From positions 9,311,097 to 9,375,096 of the forward strand of contig NC_133691.1 in the NCBI RefSeq assembly GCF_048934315.1: a DNA stretch of 64,000 nucleotides, given 5' to 3'. Below the pieces are notes generated by a model, which had not been told where the DNA came from, did no database searches, and saw nothing but the letters and a program-made list of their open reading frames with translations. Shown one piece after another: positions 48,088-59,941 of the stretch. Made by a program: the position numbers and the translations under genes. Source of the DNA: Petromyzon marinus (Eukaryota). The stretch's first letter is position 1; each line of letters begins with the position of its first letter.

Positions 48088-48354
48088 GCACGTTGGTGTT
48101 GCTTCCCTTATCAAGTTAAGTTTTTAGATGCTCCTTCAATCTGGGTGCCAGGCCTGGAGAAGATGCAGGAGCTCCTCCAAATGGAAATCCTTGACAGCAC
48201 CGGCCTGGGCATCTCCCTCTGCCGTGTGAGCTGGGGGCATTGTCTTACAGAAGCAATGCTCCAGCTCTTGCAGTCGATAGAGCAAGTTTACAAAATATTT
48301 ACGCGTGATTGTCTCCTTGTGTGGAACCAAGTCAATAAAGCACCACATTGTTAG
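48088..48354 (+). CDS. PRIMPOL: PRIMPOL terminal exon: ARWCCFPYQVKFLDAPSIWVPGLEKMQELLQMEILDSTGLGISLCRV...NKAPHC*
   Basis: ARWCCFPYQVKFLDA matches human AVWDNGIDDAYFLEA. EKMQELLQMEILD matches the human C-terminal RPA-binding motif EIPDELIIEVLQE. Acceptor ttcttccttag|. The frame stays open to the TAG at 48352-48354. AATAAA at 48334-48339. Whole-gene CDS sums to 2094 nt, divisible by 3. Confidence 0.65.
   Translation, partial: ARWCCFPYQVKFLDAPSIWVPGLEKMQELLQMEILDSTGLGISLCRVSWGHCLTEAMLQLLQSIEQVYKIFTRDCLLVWNQVNKAPHC
48334..48339 (+). terminator. PRIMPOL: Polyadenylation signal AATAAA for PRIMPOL
   Basis: Hexamer overlapping the last codons of the predicted CDS. Confidence 0.45.
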
Positions 48355-49031
48355 AACTATCTAGAGGGAATTCCATATGGTTATAAGATCAGAATCTTAC
48401 TACAGAACTAGATTTACAACCCGAGGCTGACAGAAATGGTCATTTTGTTTTGGACACAGTCATTTTTGTTTTTCAGTTTAAATTGTTTGTTTCATTTGTT
48501 TATTTTAAAATATTTTCATTTGTCGCCATTTTACCTCTTGTTAAATGTAATAATAATCTACGTGTTATTTTCCCCAAAAACAGAGCGATAGGTTTGACAA
48601 TTTTCCTGGAGAAGCTGGAGATAAAGATGTTGTTGGAGAAGGCCACACACAGAACCAGACAGACACAGCGACAACCACCGTGGAAGACACCCACGTGGGA
48701 ATGTCGACATGACGACGTACAGCGTTTGTGTGATGTACATACAGTAGACTCGATTTTCCGCGCTAATGACAGGGATGATGGCTCCGGATAATCCAAAAAT
48801 ATCTATTTTCTGTGGATCTCTATGCCCAAAAACACTATAGGCATAAATTATGTTTAAGTGGCAGTTTCATGGATTAAAACTAAAAAAATTATTGATCGGA
48901 TAGATCACTCAAAATGAGACAACTGACGATTTTGATTGTTAACTCTTTCGATTTGGAACGAAAACTAACGATCAATGCGGGTGCTCCGTGGATAACTCTC
49001 TCCTGCTCCCGCGCAGAAGAGTTATCTCAAT

Positions 49032-49137
49032 CTAGATTTGACTGCAGGGATTCATACTCTTTGGTTCTTTCGGTAAAGTCACGTGGGTATACAAAATAAA
49101 ATAAATGTACTTTATTTTAAAAAGAACCAACGAGTAA
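49032..49137. mobile_element. Foldback MITE family, internally deleted mini copy (~105 bp)
   Basis: tctagatttgactgcagggattcatactctttggttctttcggtaaagtcacgtgggtat...aaagaaccaacgagta. Both palindrome termini retained. Confidence 0.65.
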
Positions 49138-49860
49138 GAGTTAGTTCACCAAGTGGGTAGCAGGACCACACCAATCAAAATCAAACTCTTCCCACTGTCG
49201 TAAAGGTATGCTACTGTACTGTAGGTGTTCACGTGGATTTCGGATTAACCAGAGCACATATTTGTTCGGTTTAAGCACGTGACTTGTAGTAAACATTTCC
49301 AAGAATAACAATGTATAACTGTGTTTAGATTATTAATTTGGGTTTGAGGGAAAATCCATGAGTTGTTAATTTGTCAAATTCTAAGGTGCGTGGTTAAACC
49401 GCAAATCGGATACACCGCACACAGTCGACTGTAATGCTTGTGTGATTTGTACCTGATGTTCCATATTTAGTGAATAAACAGGTTGCAATAATGTCTTAAA
49501 AATATTAATAAGCTGAATTCACAGTTGAATTTACTGTTTGAACATGTTTACGCATCTGTCCGCTATACATTTACATGTATTGTTTTATTCAAATTATGTT
49601 TTTGGTTTAAGTTTTACAGTATTAAATCATTAAATTTTTTATTAAAGCATTGCCATTTGTTTAGTGTACCGTATATACCGCACTGTTATGGATTATGGTA
49701 CGATGGTATTTAGGGGGGCAATCACATGACCCAGCTGTAGCGTGTTATCTGCTTATTGCAGAGGTTCACAGTTGGAATCCAGCAGCTGCCCTGATTAATA
49801 CTGCGGGTGTAGTAACTGGAAAAAGATTCACCATCTGCCTGACTGGACATTAAAGATTCT

Positions 49861-50394
49861 ATCTTGATTTGAAGCTTTCGTGACTGTAGGAATCCATACT
49901 CTTTGGTTCTTTCGATAAGTCATGTAGGTATAAAATAATTCACGTTTCGGGTGCAACACAAGCGTCCATCAGGTGAGAAAGCATGGTCTGCTGCTGAGGC
50001 AGACTGTTTTAAAAGGTTTGAAATGGGCGTTGCTCAAGGGTTATAAAGAAGTGACCGGGGCTAGTGATGTTTATGTGAGAGATTAGCATGTAACTGTAAG
50101 ATAGGAGAGCGGCCTAAACGAGGGCACGGAAGTGGCTATGTTAATGTGAGGGATTAGCATGATGTTAATGTGAGGGATTAGCATGATGTTAATGTGAGAA
50201 ATTAGCATGTAAAAGCTAGGAGAGCGGCCTCTTAGACGAGGGCACGGAAGTGGCTGTTAATGTGAGAGATTAGCATGATGTCTGCCTCAGCAGCAGACCA
50301 CGCTTTACCATCTGATGATGGATGCTTGTGTTGCGCCCGAAACGTCGTTATTTATTTTATATCTACGTGACTTTACCGAAAGAACCAAAGAGTA
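49861..50394. mobile_element. Foldback MITE family, long variant (~530 bp) with internal tandem units (gttaatgtgagggattagcatgat) inside the hairpin
   Basis: Termini atcttgatttgaagctttcgtgactgtaggaatccatactctttggttctttcgataagtcatgtag ... tctacgtgactttaccgaaagaaccaaagagta. Central arms gcagcagaccatgc... / ...gcagcagaccacgc are inverted. Confidence 0.8.
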
Positions 50395-51819
50395 TTAAAG
50401 ATTCTGTGAAGTTATTTGCAAGGGTAGGCCATTGCGTGCCCGGGTCGTAGTCGACATTACAAATTGCCCGCAAATGACTCATTTGGAATAAACACCAATC
50501 ATCACCTGCTACAAAAACTTGCCAGGACCCTCTTGAAAACGATACATGATACTCATGGTCATTCAAAGTCATCTGCCATGTGCCAATGGCAGATTCGGTT
50601 ACATGAGCCGGTGAAGGATACGCTCCCCCTTTCGTACAGCATTTGAAAAGCAACTGGCAAAACATAACTGCGAGTGTAGTAATCCATCCATGGGCATCAG
50701 GAGTTGTTGGGTTGTATTGCTTCCGTGCGTCGGTGTAAGCGCGGTAGTGAGCAGTCGTCGCTTACGAGATGAACAGATTGCACTTCACAGTCACCACAGG
50801 GCGACCATTTAATTTTAAATCCTTTTTGAAGGAGAGAGATGCCACCTGCTGGATCTTGTTCAAACATGCTTAAACGCAGGATGTGCCAAGATATTTTCAG
50901 TCTGGACGTACATTTATTTGCAAAACATGTATTCTGGTTCGTATGTTTTTTCTCAAAAAACAACATTTTGAAAAGTGAATCTCATTTCATAATTATTTGT
51001 TGAACATATGTACAGTAATTCCCTTTCCAGAGGCCTTGAATTATGCAGTGGTCTTCACATAATCCAAAATGTTCGCAGGACAATAAGACTGTCAAAGTTA
51101 ATAGTTTAAACTTGTATTTTTTAACAGTCAGCGTAAAAAACACACATCATTGTGACTCATCATATGATTCATGGTTGGACTTCTCCTTAAAGTCCAGCTG
51201 GTCTGTAGGCACCCTATCTCCCACCTTGCAGTGACGAATGCTCCTGTACAGATCTCTAGGACACACAACAAACACAGGCATTTGCAACAGCTGCTTGTCC
51301 GAATGACAATCTAATGATATAAAATTGCTTTAGTAGGTTGTAACTTCATCATATTCCAGTTGAGTACTAAACATTGCACTTGACTGGCAGGATAGTCTTT
51401 ATAGAGTATAAACAAGCACTACCCATTGTTTATAGAAAAAAACATCTCATTGAAGGGATTCCAGATGCACTTGGGTGGTGAATATCTTGTGTGGGTGGAC
51501 TCACTGACAATTGTTTTCCTGCACACATACCACACAACCACACCCTTCTGATTGTGCCTACTTTCTTTCCTGCCATGATCCAAGTTGCTGAACATATTTC
51601 ATACAATCCCGAGCATCCACATCCATCAATTTGTTTAAGTTAATCTGTGTGAGCTATACAATAACAATAATTCCAACAACCTAAAGCTGACTTCCCTATT
51701 CTTCTTAGGCAGTGTTGGGTGATAATTATTCTGCTTTCCTGGTTCTGTCCTGAGGATGCTTGCAGTTTCCATCAAAACGTCATATCTGATCACTACATTT
51801 GTTTGAGAATTGCTATTAA

Positions 51820-51974
51820 TTAGGTCTTTCGGTAAAGCCATGTAGATAGAACAAATAATAAAGTAATATAATAAAAATAAAAACACTTGATTATTTCTTC
51901 TATCTACATGGCTTTACCGAAAGACCCAAAGAATATGAATTCCTGCAGTCACGAAAGCTTTAATTCAAGATTTT
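51820..51974. mobile_element. Foldback MITE family, short full copy flanked by 11-bp duplication attgctattaa
   Basis: ttaggtctttcggtaaagccatgtagatagaa...ttctatctacatggctttaccgaaagacccaaagaatatgaattcctgcagtcacgaaagctttaattcaagatttt. attgctattaa at 51808-51818 and 51975-51985. Confidence 0.8.
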
Positions 51975-52129
51975 ATTGCTATTAAACTTACCACTGAATT
52001 CATATAATTGGTATGTTTGAATACCACGTGACAATTTTATTTGACTGTCAGTTGGTGGAGGGTTTTGCAACACATATTTGACCAGATTACACGGCCCAAC
52101 CCAGAAATCAATGATGGATTAATGGTGTC

Positions 52130-52300
52130 TGGGCTGCGGTGTTTACCTGCCGTGCCTCTGGCGTGTAAACACGATGTGCTCGATGGCTCCGTTGGAGCAG
52201 CACATGTGGCAGTGCGCATGGCGCGTCCTGCACTTCACCGGCTGCAAGATCCTCGGCCACACCTGCTCAGCGTTTTCCTCACCGCGGCGAAAAATCAGGT
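52130..52300. other. CpG-rich block with open frames on both strands, each ending at a GT donor (+: MAPLEQHMWQCAWRVLHFTGCKILGHTCSAFSSPRRKI|gtacga; -: ...CRTRHAHCHMCCSNGAIEHIVFTRQRHG|gtaaac); candidate first exon of an unidentified gene, strand unresolved
   Basis: Local GC/CpG enrichment, ATG plus donor on the + strand, Cys/His-rich frame on the - strand. No homology recognised. Confidence 0.3.
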
Positions 52301-55300
52301 ACGAGAACTTCTCTGTTCTGGAAGGATGTAGTTTCTGTAACGCAAGAGCAACGGCAAACGTCAATATGCAACCTCTCGCTGAAGTACTAATTATTTTGCT
52401 GTTACCGATCGTTACTTATCAGTGAATGTAATACTGTATTTGAAGATATCTTTGATTTTTATGCATTCTTGGAATTACATTGAAAGACAAAGGAACACAT
52501 GGACTAAAGAAGATACACAGGTTAATGACTGTCCAAACTATGAAGAAAAAAGGGTTGGGTGGGACAAATCATGGCTACGATGAATTGTAAAAAAAATGAT
52601 AAATTGGCAGTCAAGGAATAGAATGCGTCTAAGATGATTTCCACCAAGGAGATGGAGCGATGCGTTCGATTCATGTACAGGTGCTGGATGGATCGTTGCA
52701 TAGTAGGATCAGAAGAGGTAGCGTGGCTTGGGAAGGCCTTCATTCAGCGGTGGATTATGGCTGATGATTAAAATATTTTTCCAGGAAAATCCCTTGAGCT
52801 GAAACATCTCATTTTCAAGGGTGTTCATATTAGTATCAGCATTGAGGAGTCTACACTCTGCACCTGGCTGGTGTAGTGGTTGAACAATAAGTGGTTGGGA
52901 TGAAACGGTCCGATAGAACCAAGTTTTCGACGTGGAGGGAGGAATCAATGAGTGAAGTTCACAGGAACCGTATCCATGGTGGTAGCCAGAGAAGAGTGAT
53001 ACAAATGTGACTGACCGCTGGTGAGCGAGTAACTGTAATTAATCGGTGAGTGCCGGATCGTCAATCAACCTAACGCTGACAGGTGAAGACATTTAAATGA
53101 AGTGATTTGTCACATTTTGCAATCACTTACGGATTCAAAGTCAAACGGCTGGTAGTTCTGAGTGAAGTTGCATGGAATGAGCTTCCTCGCCAGCGTCCGT
53201 GGGCACTGCAGACCATGTGAACACTGAGGGAGCACATTCAGTCAGCTGCAATTGCTTCCCGTGATAATTTAAGCTTTGACAATGTTCATTGTTAAGGTGA
53301 TGCAATTGGGTTAGGCCACATCACGACCTGGTCAAATGTCCGTTGCGAGAACATCCACCAATTATTTTTGTTTCTTACTGGTGAGCTGAAACAATAAAAC
53401 TAGCGCATTCAATGCCTATACACGAGACAATATCATTTGTTTGGCTATGTCAGGTAGTGTAGCCTTTCACAACCAAACAGTGGCTGGACCATTAAGTAGT
53501 CCAACCCAAAAAAATCAACATGAATCAATCCAGCAATGTAATGCTACACTTGTTATCTGCAATGAAGAATGAGGCCACGAATATGGGGAGTTTCAGATAA
53601 GAGAAGCTTCACTGTGCGTAATAGGTCTACGGGACGTGGCTCCACGCTGCGTCACCTGCCGCAACGCCAAACGTACCCCAATGGTTATTTTGTGAAAACC
53701 AATCACGAAACTCATCTCCACCACACGTGATGGGGTGGGTTTCTGGTTTTGTGAGCTCCATGGTGGTGGCTCAGAGCCAGCGGGGTCCCTATAGCCGACC
53801 TCTCGCTATGCCGGTCTGCAACCGTGGTGGAGAGTGATGGGGGGGCACGATGGCATCAAGGACGGTGGCCGTGATATTCTCGTGATCTTGCTGCACAAGG
53901 CCTTGATGTAATTGTTTAAGGCCACTGTCAAGGTTGGGACTTCTAAGATCTCTGAGGTGATCACCAACGACTGGATCTGACCTACAAGACTGCCAATCTA
54001 CACAGCGGGAAGACGTTCTCTCCGGCTGGCGCTTCTACATTGGGACATCACTATTTCCTTGGCATGGACATCAAGCACAACGCCTCCTCTATCCATATCC
54101 CCTTCATCCTCAACTCCTGCTATCTCTGGGATAGTGGGGGTCCGGGATTCTCTGTCCTGTGAGGACGCCAGTGGATTTGTCTTATAAGACTTGGATGCAA
54201 AGATAATCTTCAGTGGAGCTAAAGTGAACCCCCCCCCCACCCACTACCGCATCACGAGCTGCTTGTGCATTGCTCACTAGGAATTTCCCAGCGACCGTCA
54301 GGCAGGCAATGAAAAAATAAATCTCGATGCTCATCAAAATGGCGAGGTCGGCAGCCACGCCCGCAGGACACGGTGGCTGCCATACTTACAGGTGCAAAGA
54401 CATGCCCTTGATTTTCTTTATTCTGCTCATCAGTTTCCTGTTTACACACACCAAAAATCAGGGGTATTTCATCTGCCATTCAGTGGTGGGGTTTAAATCA
54501 ACATACCTGAGTTTTAGCCATGATACAGGGCCATTTTTAAGATTGTCATGAGTTCAGTTCTACGTGTATTTGTCAATATTTATCAGAGACAGGAGAGAAC
54601 GTGCTTGAGAGGATGGCCATCAAATAGATGGAGTGATGAGATCCATGCATGAGCAGGCACAAGATGGATTTTTGTGGCATCACAGCAACATGACGGATGG
54701 GAGGCCTTCATTCAGCAAAGGATAGCCCATAGCTGATGAAGCTGAAACTATGGAGACTGGAATAAGATCATTTTGAAGAACGCTGCCAATTTGCTTGGCT
54801 GTTGTTATGAGTTCTGAAATGACCGTACGTAAGAAGACTTCGTGAATTGTCAGCCACGTGGATTCACTTCCCTCCAGTCTCCCTCCACCATCCAACACCT
54901 CAATTCTCAAGTGAGCGTGGAGGTGGTGCTTATCTTGTCAGTTTTGTCAATTGCACATTCATATGGCACGGGCGAGTCTATCCACTGGGCAAGCACTGTT
55001 GATTTCCCCACAAAGTGGTACTTATTTTATCGACCTCGGTGAGACGATGGCCTGTCAACCCCAAACCAGGATTTGAACTCGCAATATTATTGCGATGCGC
55101 TTTCTCTGCTGGCCGGTATGGGCGAGTAGAAAAATGTATGGAGACAGTGATGGTATGCTAGGCGCAGCCCTTTACCTGCAGAAGTGCATCCCTTGCCTGC
55201 ATCAGAATGGTATATCCACTGAGAGTTCCATTCTCAATCAGTACCTGACCACAGGCAACGAACGACAGAAATAGGACATCGACACCAAACACCACCCCTC

Positions 55301-56329
55301 TTTTACACACCCGTGCAATAGTCACTCAACACTACATGAATGTTTCTGTACCTTGACTTGACGAGAAAGTGTTTTTCATAGTAATTTGGTCGAGCCAAAT
55401 TTTGTTACTCGCAATTAATTGTACTGAATATTGTTGATGTTTGGGCACCGTTTCATATTTTTCAGATGTAACGTGGTTGTGTTTGGCCCGCTTTATATTT
55501 TGATTGCTTTTGCTCCCGATTTATATTTGCTCCAATGCTGTATGAGCAGAATGTCATGTCAATGGGGGGGCGGCAGACTGCCTTCATGGGTGTCGTGTAT
55601 TATTTTTTAAAAAATGTATTTTAAAAATATTTCTCCTGCAAAATCCCTCCAGATGGAACATCTCGTGCGCAAGGGGGATCCAGGGTGTCAATTGACATAG
55701 CAAAAAACGCGTAACGGCAGGTGTCCAAACATTATTTTTTTTCGATCTAAAATATTGGAAATGAATGTAACCTTTTACCAGAAAAGAGTTTGTTCTCTGC
55801 CACAGAGACAGCACGGTGCTGAGACGATCGGTGGCGCTTCCCAGCTCGCTCAGCGAAAACGCCGCCACAACAACGTCGTATCGTACCTGCAGATAGCACA
55901 ATGGTACGTTTCGTACTGCAGTGGGCACAACAAGAACTGTATATATATTTATATTCTTTAAATGCTGTGCAATTATATGTAATGGTTGACACTCAGAAAC
56001 AAATGTGGTCCATTTATAAAATAAAGCTCGCACGGTTGAGCGGAGTCAGATTCAGCTCCCGTGGAGCTTGATTTCAAGTGTTTACCACCACGCTTGGCCA
56101 ATAACTAAACACATTAAAATACAATTAAAAAGCAACAGATAACTTATTAGTGAAACCTGAGACTGATGTTGTATTGAACTGTAACAAATCACCTTTGATG
56201 GAGGTAGAAATTGGCGAAAGTAGACCCTCTCAATAACTGACGTCGCATTTTCTTGTCCTTCTGATCAGCAGAGACGTGGAAAAGCAACAGATTAAGTTTT
56301 GAGCAAACAAGTGGCGGCCGGATCATGCA

Positions 56330-56870
56330 GAGGTCGGAGCGCTCAGCGGGCAGCGCTGAAATCCCGCGTTCGAACCCAGGTGTCAGCATCTGCTGCCTGA
56401 GATTAAACCGGCTTCTCGTGTGCAGCGAGTGGATGGATTCAGCACGGTCAACAAAGGTTACACAAAAGAAATCCCAATACATACATCTTAACATCTTGTC
56501 AGATTACAATTTGGATGTGAAAGATCACATCAATAATGATGAAGACATGATAAAGCGTCCATTACATCGGGACTTCTCAGAGCGCTTTACACGCGATTGT
56601 TGAGTTATACCACATCTCATTTCAAACCGCCTTCTCGTGTGCAGTGAGTGGATGGTCTCAGCAAGGTCACCAAAGGTTATACAAAATAAATCCCATGACA
56701 TTTAAACTCGGCCACGCACTAAAATTGGCATCTTAACATCTTGTCAGATTAGAATTTGGATGTGAAGGATCACATTAATAATGATGAAGACATGTTTTTG
56801 ATAAAGCGTCCATTACATCTGGACTTCTCAGAGCGCTTTACACGCATTTTTTGAATTATACCACATCTCA
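56330..56870 (+). repeat. tRNA-like SINE head (…tcccgcgttcgaacccagg…) followed by a ~230-bp tail tandemly duplicated (56400-56625 and 56630-56870)
   Basis: The two tail copies share ccg(c)cttctcgtgtgcag(c/t)gagtggatgg...catcttgtcagatta(c/g)aatttggatgtgaa(a/g)gatcacat(c/t)aataatgatgaagacatg...ataaagcgtccattacatc(g/t)ggacttctcagagcgctttacacgc. Confidence 0.6.
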
Positions 56871-57119
56871 TTTTTAAAATGTTAAAGGCACCCCTGAATG
56901 GTACAAGGTGACTCAGCACCCAGCCTGCAAGTCGGCATGTGTCTGCCAGTAGAGGGCGTTGATTGCTGTGTCATGCCAATTGAGTAATCTGTGGGTAATT
57001 TTTTTATTTGGGAAAATTTGGATGGATAAACAATGGCTTACTTGTTTCCAATTACACCAGGGGGCTCTTTAACGTCGACTGTAAAGCAGGCGGCCGTACT
57101 TATGGTTATTACACCCGCA

Positions 57120-57195
57120 GTAGTAACCAGGGTGGCCTGCCGGATTCGAACAGCGAACCTCTGCAACAAGCGGTGAACAATGCTACCGCTGGGCC
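57120..57195 (-). other. tRNA-like sequence in minus orientation (SINE head or tRNA pseudogene)
   Basis: Reverse complement: ggcccagcggtagcattg...gcagaggttcgctgttcgaatccggcaggccacc (D-arm and T-arm motifs). The acceptor stem does not pair cleanly. Confidence 0.35.
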
Positions 57196-57299
57196 AATTT
57201 TGAATTCAGGTTTGGGGTTTCATGGATCTGTCGCAATGATGAGCGACACAAGCTCAGCCAGGAGCAAGGCTGGCGAGGCTTGGCGAGCTCCAGGCGTAC

Positions 57300-57429
57300 C
57301 CCGGAGCAGCATGTCGGCGAGCTTGTTCATGGCGGGCGACACGTCCACGCAGTAGTGATCCCCAATGGAGCCTGACCAGGTCTCGTGAGCAGCCCTGGAG
57401 CCGCATAGCACGAACAAGGCAATCAGCAT
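57300..57429 (-). CDS. Candidate first coding exon of an unidentified secreted protein: MLIALFVLCGSRAAHETWSGSIGDHYCVDVSPAMNKLADMLLR(G), donor GTACGC (phase 1); possible upstream start at 57501 (MPKQSLKSICGNFVAARSLVSVAL...)
   Basis: Hydrophobic signal-peptide-like N-terminus. ATG, then an open frame to ctccggg|gtacgc. Weak resemblance to the palmitoyl-protein thioesterase N-terminal pattern W.G.GD..C....S.M.K....M. Confidence 0.4.
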
Positions 57430-57507
57430 GAGTGCAACAGAGACAAGACTCCGGGCAGCGACAAAGTTCCCACATATACTCTTAAGAGACTGCTTCGGCA
57501 AGTGCTA

Positions 57508-57720
57508 TTCGTGATCACCTATGAAGGCCAGCACGGTACACGAGGTGTTGGGTAGCCAGCACCACACCTGGCCGCCTTTGTCTCCCCGGTGCTGATATTC
57601 ATACACTGCACCTGGTACTCATTTAAGGCCGAGTGGACTGAGGGGATGTCCAATTCGAGCTCGGGTCTCCTGGTGCATAGGAGTGCGCGCTAAACACTGT
57701 GCTACCGTTCGCCACAGCGA
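57508..57720 (-). mobile_element. SINE family A copy
   Basis: gcaagtgctattcgtgatcacctatgaaggccagcacggtacacgagg...ggtctcctggtgcataggagtgcgcgctaaacactgtgctac matches the family. Confidence 0.65.
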
Positions 57721-58394
57721 GGGAGCCACGTACCGGTGCCGTATCACACGGGCGGGCGCTCAGGTCCACTGAGCGCGCGTGCCGAGCACGGGGCTCACTC
57801 CGGAGAGCGCACGGCCCCAACGTGCACCATTCTCATTGACCACTGGTTCGTTTTCATCGTGCATATTCACGCATTTCAGTTTAACACGTAGTATTTCACA
57901 ACCAATATTATCCATTTGAGGTTTTTTTTTAACAGGAGCGTTTCTCCACAACTACGGCTGTCGCCTCATGAGGTTTGTTGTAATTACCGGCGAAATGTCA
58001 TACTCGAATTGTAAATGTGCTGATCTAGTAACGAATTGCATGTTTTGTTTACGTGACAAACCTTGGCAATTGGCTGTGTTGGGTGGTGGCTGGTTTAACG
58101 ACGCATTTATATTTACTCAATCTATTCTACACAGATCAGCGTTATTATCCATTTCCAACTTGTACAAAAGACAACTTAACGTGTTGTGTTTCTGTAGCAT
58201 ACTTTACATAGATTACGAATCATAATATTGCCTGGAAAAATGTACGTATTAAGTTTACATTTCTTTTACGTTTACAGGCATCCTTAAGGTTTGGTGGCAT
58301 CATCATCGCCTTTGACCATGATGACATCTTGACGTCGATTCATGAAACTGTGCTAAAAGTGTTGTTCTGTATTGTGTGTGATTGTGCAAAACTG

Positions 58395-58625
58395 TGGGGA
58401 AGTGGTAGCAGTTAACGTGCTGCGCTACAAACCCGGAAATCCGAGTTCGATTCCTGCTCACGGCCAACACCAGTGACGATTATCTGAACCGGTCCTGGGC
58501 CTCCTCTAGGTTGACTCTAGGTACCTGGCACGGTGTGTAAACATTTCTCCTGGGGAGACAGAGACAACCATGTGCCGTGCCAGCCAACATAGGTGCCCTC
58601 TAATAGCACTTGCCCCAATAGTAAT
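58395..58625 (+). mobile_element. SINE family A copy
   Basis: ggtagcagttaacgtgctgcgctacaaacccggaaatccgagttcgattcctgctcacggccaacaccagtgacgattatctgaaccggtcctgggcctcc...cacttgcccc. Confidence 0.7.
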
Positions 58626-59251
58626 TTTAGGCTATAGGAGGATCTTTGTGTTTGTGCAGCGAGTGAAGTACAGCTCTAGATGTGACGCATGTGTTGTGCT
58701 GTAAGAGGCTGTGATGTGATGGGATGTGTGGCGCACCACACAGAGCTGCCTGTGCCCGAGCCGAAGTCCAGGAGGGATGTGGGGCAAAAGTCAGGAACAC
58801 GTTTCTTGATCTAGAACACAACATACATTCTTAAGCTCACATCACACGGGTTGGGCCGTGCGTCTACAATTCACGCACTGTATCTGCTAATAATGTAATC
58901 GTTCGGTGACTGCAATGAGCTGCACCGAAGCAAATGGTACAAACGAGGCAGTAAAAACCAGGCAAAATAAGAATCCCTTATTGCCACAAATCGTGTCCGG
59001 AATCGTGGCCGTGAATCGAATCATCGTGGGGTGGTTGTTACGCGACTTGTGCTTGGCCAGATGGATGTAAATGGATGTACTGGCCACCTTCGTGTTGAAT
59101 CCTAAGAATTATATCATGTTTGATCATCATCATCATCAGCTATGATCAATCAACTGTATCCTGCCCTCGCCCATTAATAATTCGGACACCAATAGTAAAT
59201 GAACCGGGAAGGCCGCGAGTGACGGTAGAGGAGCAGAGGAGCCGCTCACCT

Positions 59252-59333
59252 CGGTGAGCGCACGCACAGTGGCCGCGTGGCACCCGCCCATGCGCGCCGC
59301 CATGAAGGTCAGGCTCGTGTCCTCGTCGTACCT
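59252..59333 (-). CDS. Candidate internal exon encoding an ankyrin-repeat-like segment: (R)YDEDTSLTFMAARMGGCHAATVRALTE
   Basis: Minus strand acceptor tgcccccag|gtacgacgag, donor caccgag|gtgagcgg. Sequence fits the ANK consensus (D-G-T-L-AA--GH---V--L). GC-rich. Confidence 0.4.
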
Positions 59334-59480
59334 GGGGGCAAACGACACGCCGCGCCAACTCGCACGAGAGCACTCGATAACGCGAAACACGCAGCGAGTA
59401 CAAATGGCCAGTTATTTTGTGCGGCCTAACCCAAAAACGTACTGTGAATAATTACATTGACGTCATAACAGTAACTTAAT

Positions 59481-59941
59481 AATATTCTTGGTTCTTTTGG
59501 TAAAGTCACGTAGATAGAAAAAAAATCTAAAGCAAAAAACCCACGACGTTTCGATCACAACACGGGCGGTCTTCTTCTTTCCGCCTGAAGAAGACCGCCT
59601 GTGTTGCGATCACAACACAGGCGGTCTTCTTCTTTCCACCTGAAGAAGACTGCTTGTGTTGCGATCACAATACAGGCGGTCTTCTTCTTTCCACCTGAAG
59701 GAGACCGCTTGTGTTGCGATCACAATACAGGCGGTCTTCTTCTTTCCACCTGAAGGAGACCGCTTGTGTTGCGATCACAATACAGGCGGTCTTCTTCTTT
59801 CCACCTGAAGAAGACCGCTTGTGTTGCGATCGCAACGTCGTGGGTTTTTTTATTTAGATTTTTTTTTTTATCTACGTGACTTAACCACAAAGAACCAAAA
59901 ATGTGAATTCCTGCAGTCACGAAAGTTTGAAGTCTAAATTT
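59481..59941. mobile_element. Foldback MITE family copy with expanded centre: ~6 tandem ~60-bp hairpin units (cttgtgttgcgatcacaatacaggcggtcttcttctttccacctgaaggagaccg)
   Basis: Termini taatattcttggttcttttggtaaagtcacgtag ... tctacgtgacttaaccacaaagaaccaaaaatgtgaattcctgcagtcacgaaagtttgaagtctaaattt. Flanking taacttaa duplication. Confidence 0.8.
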
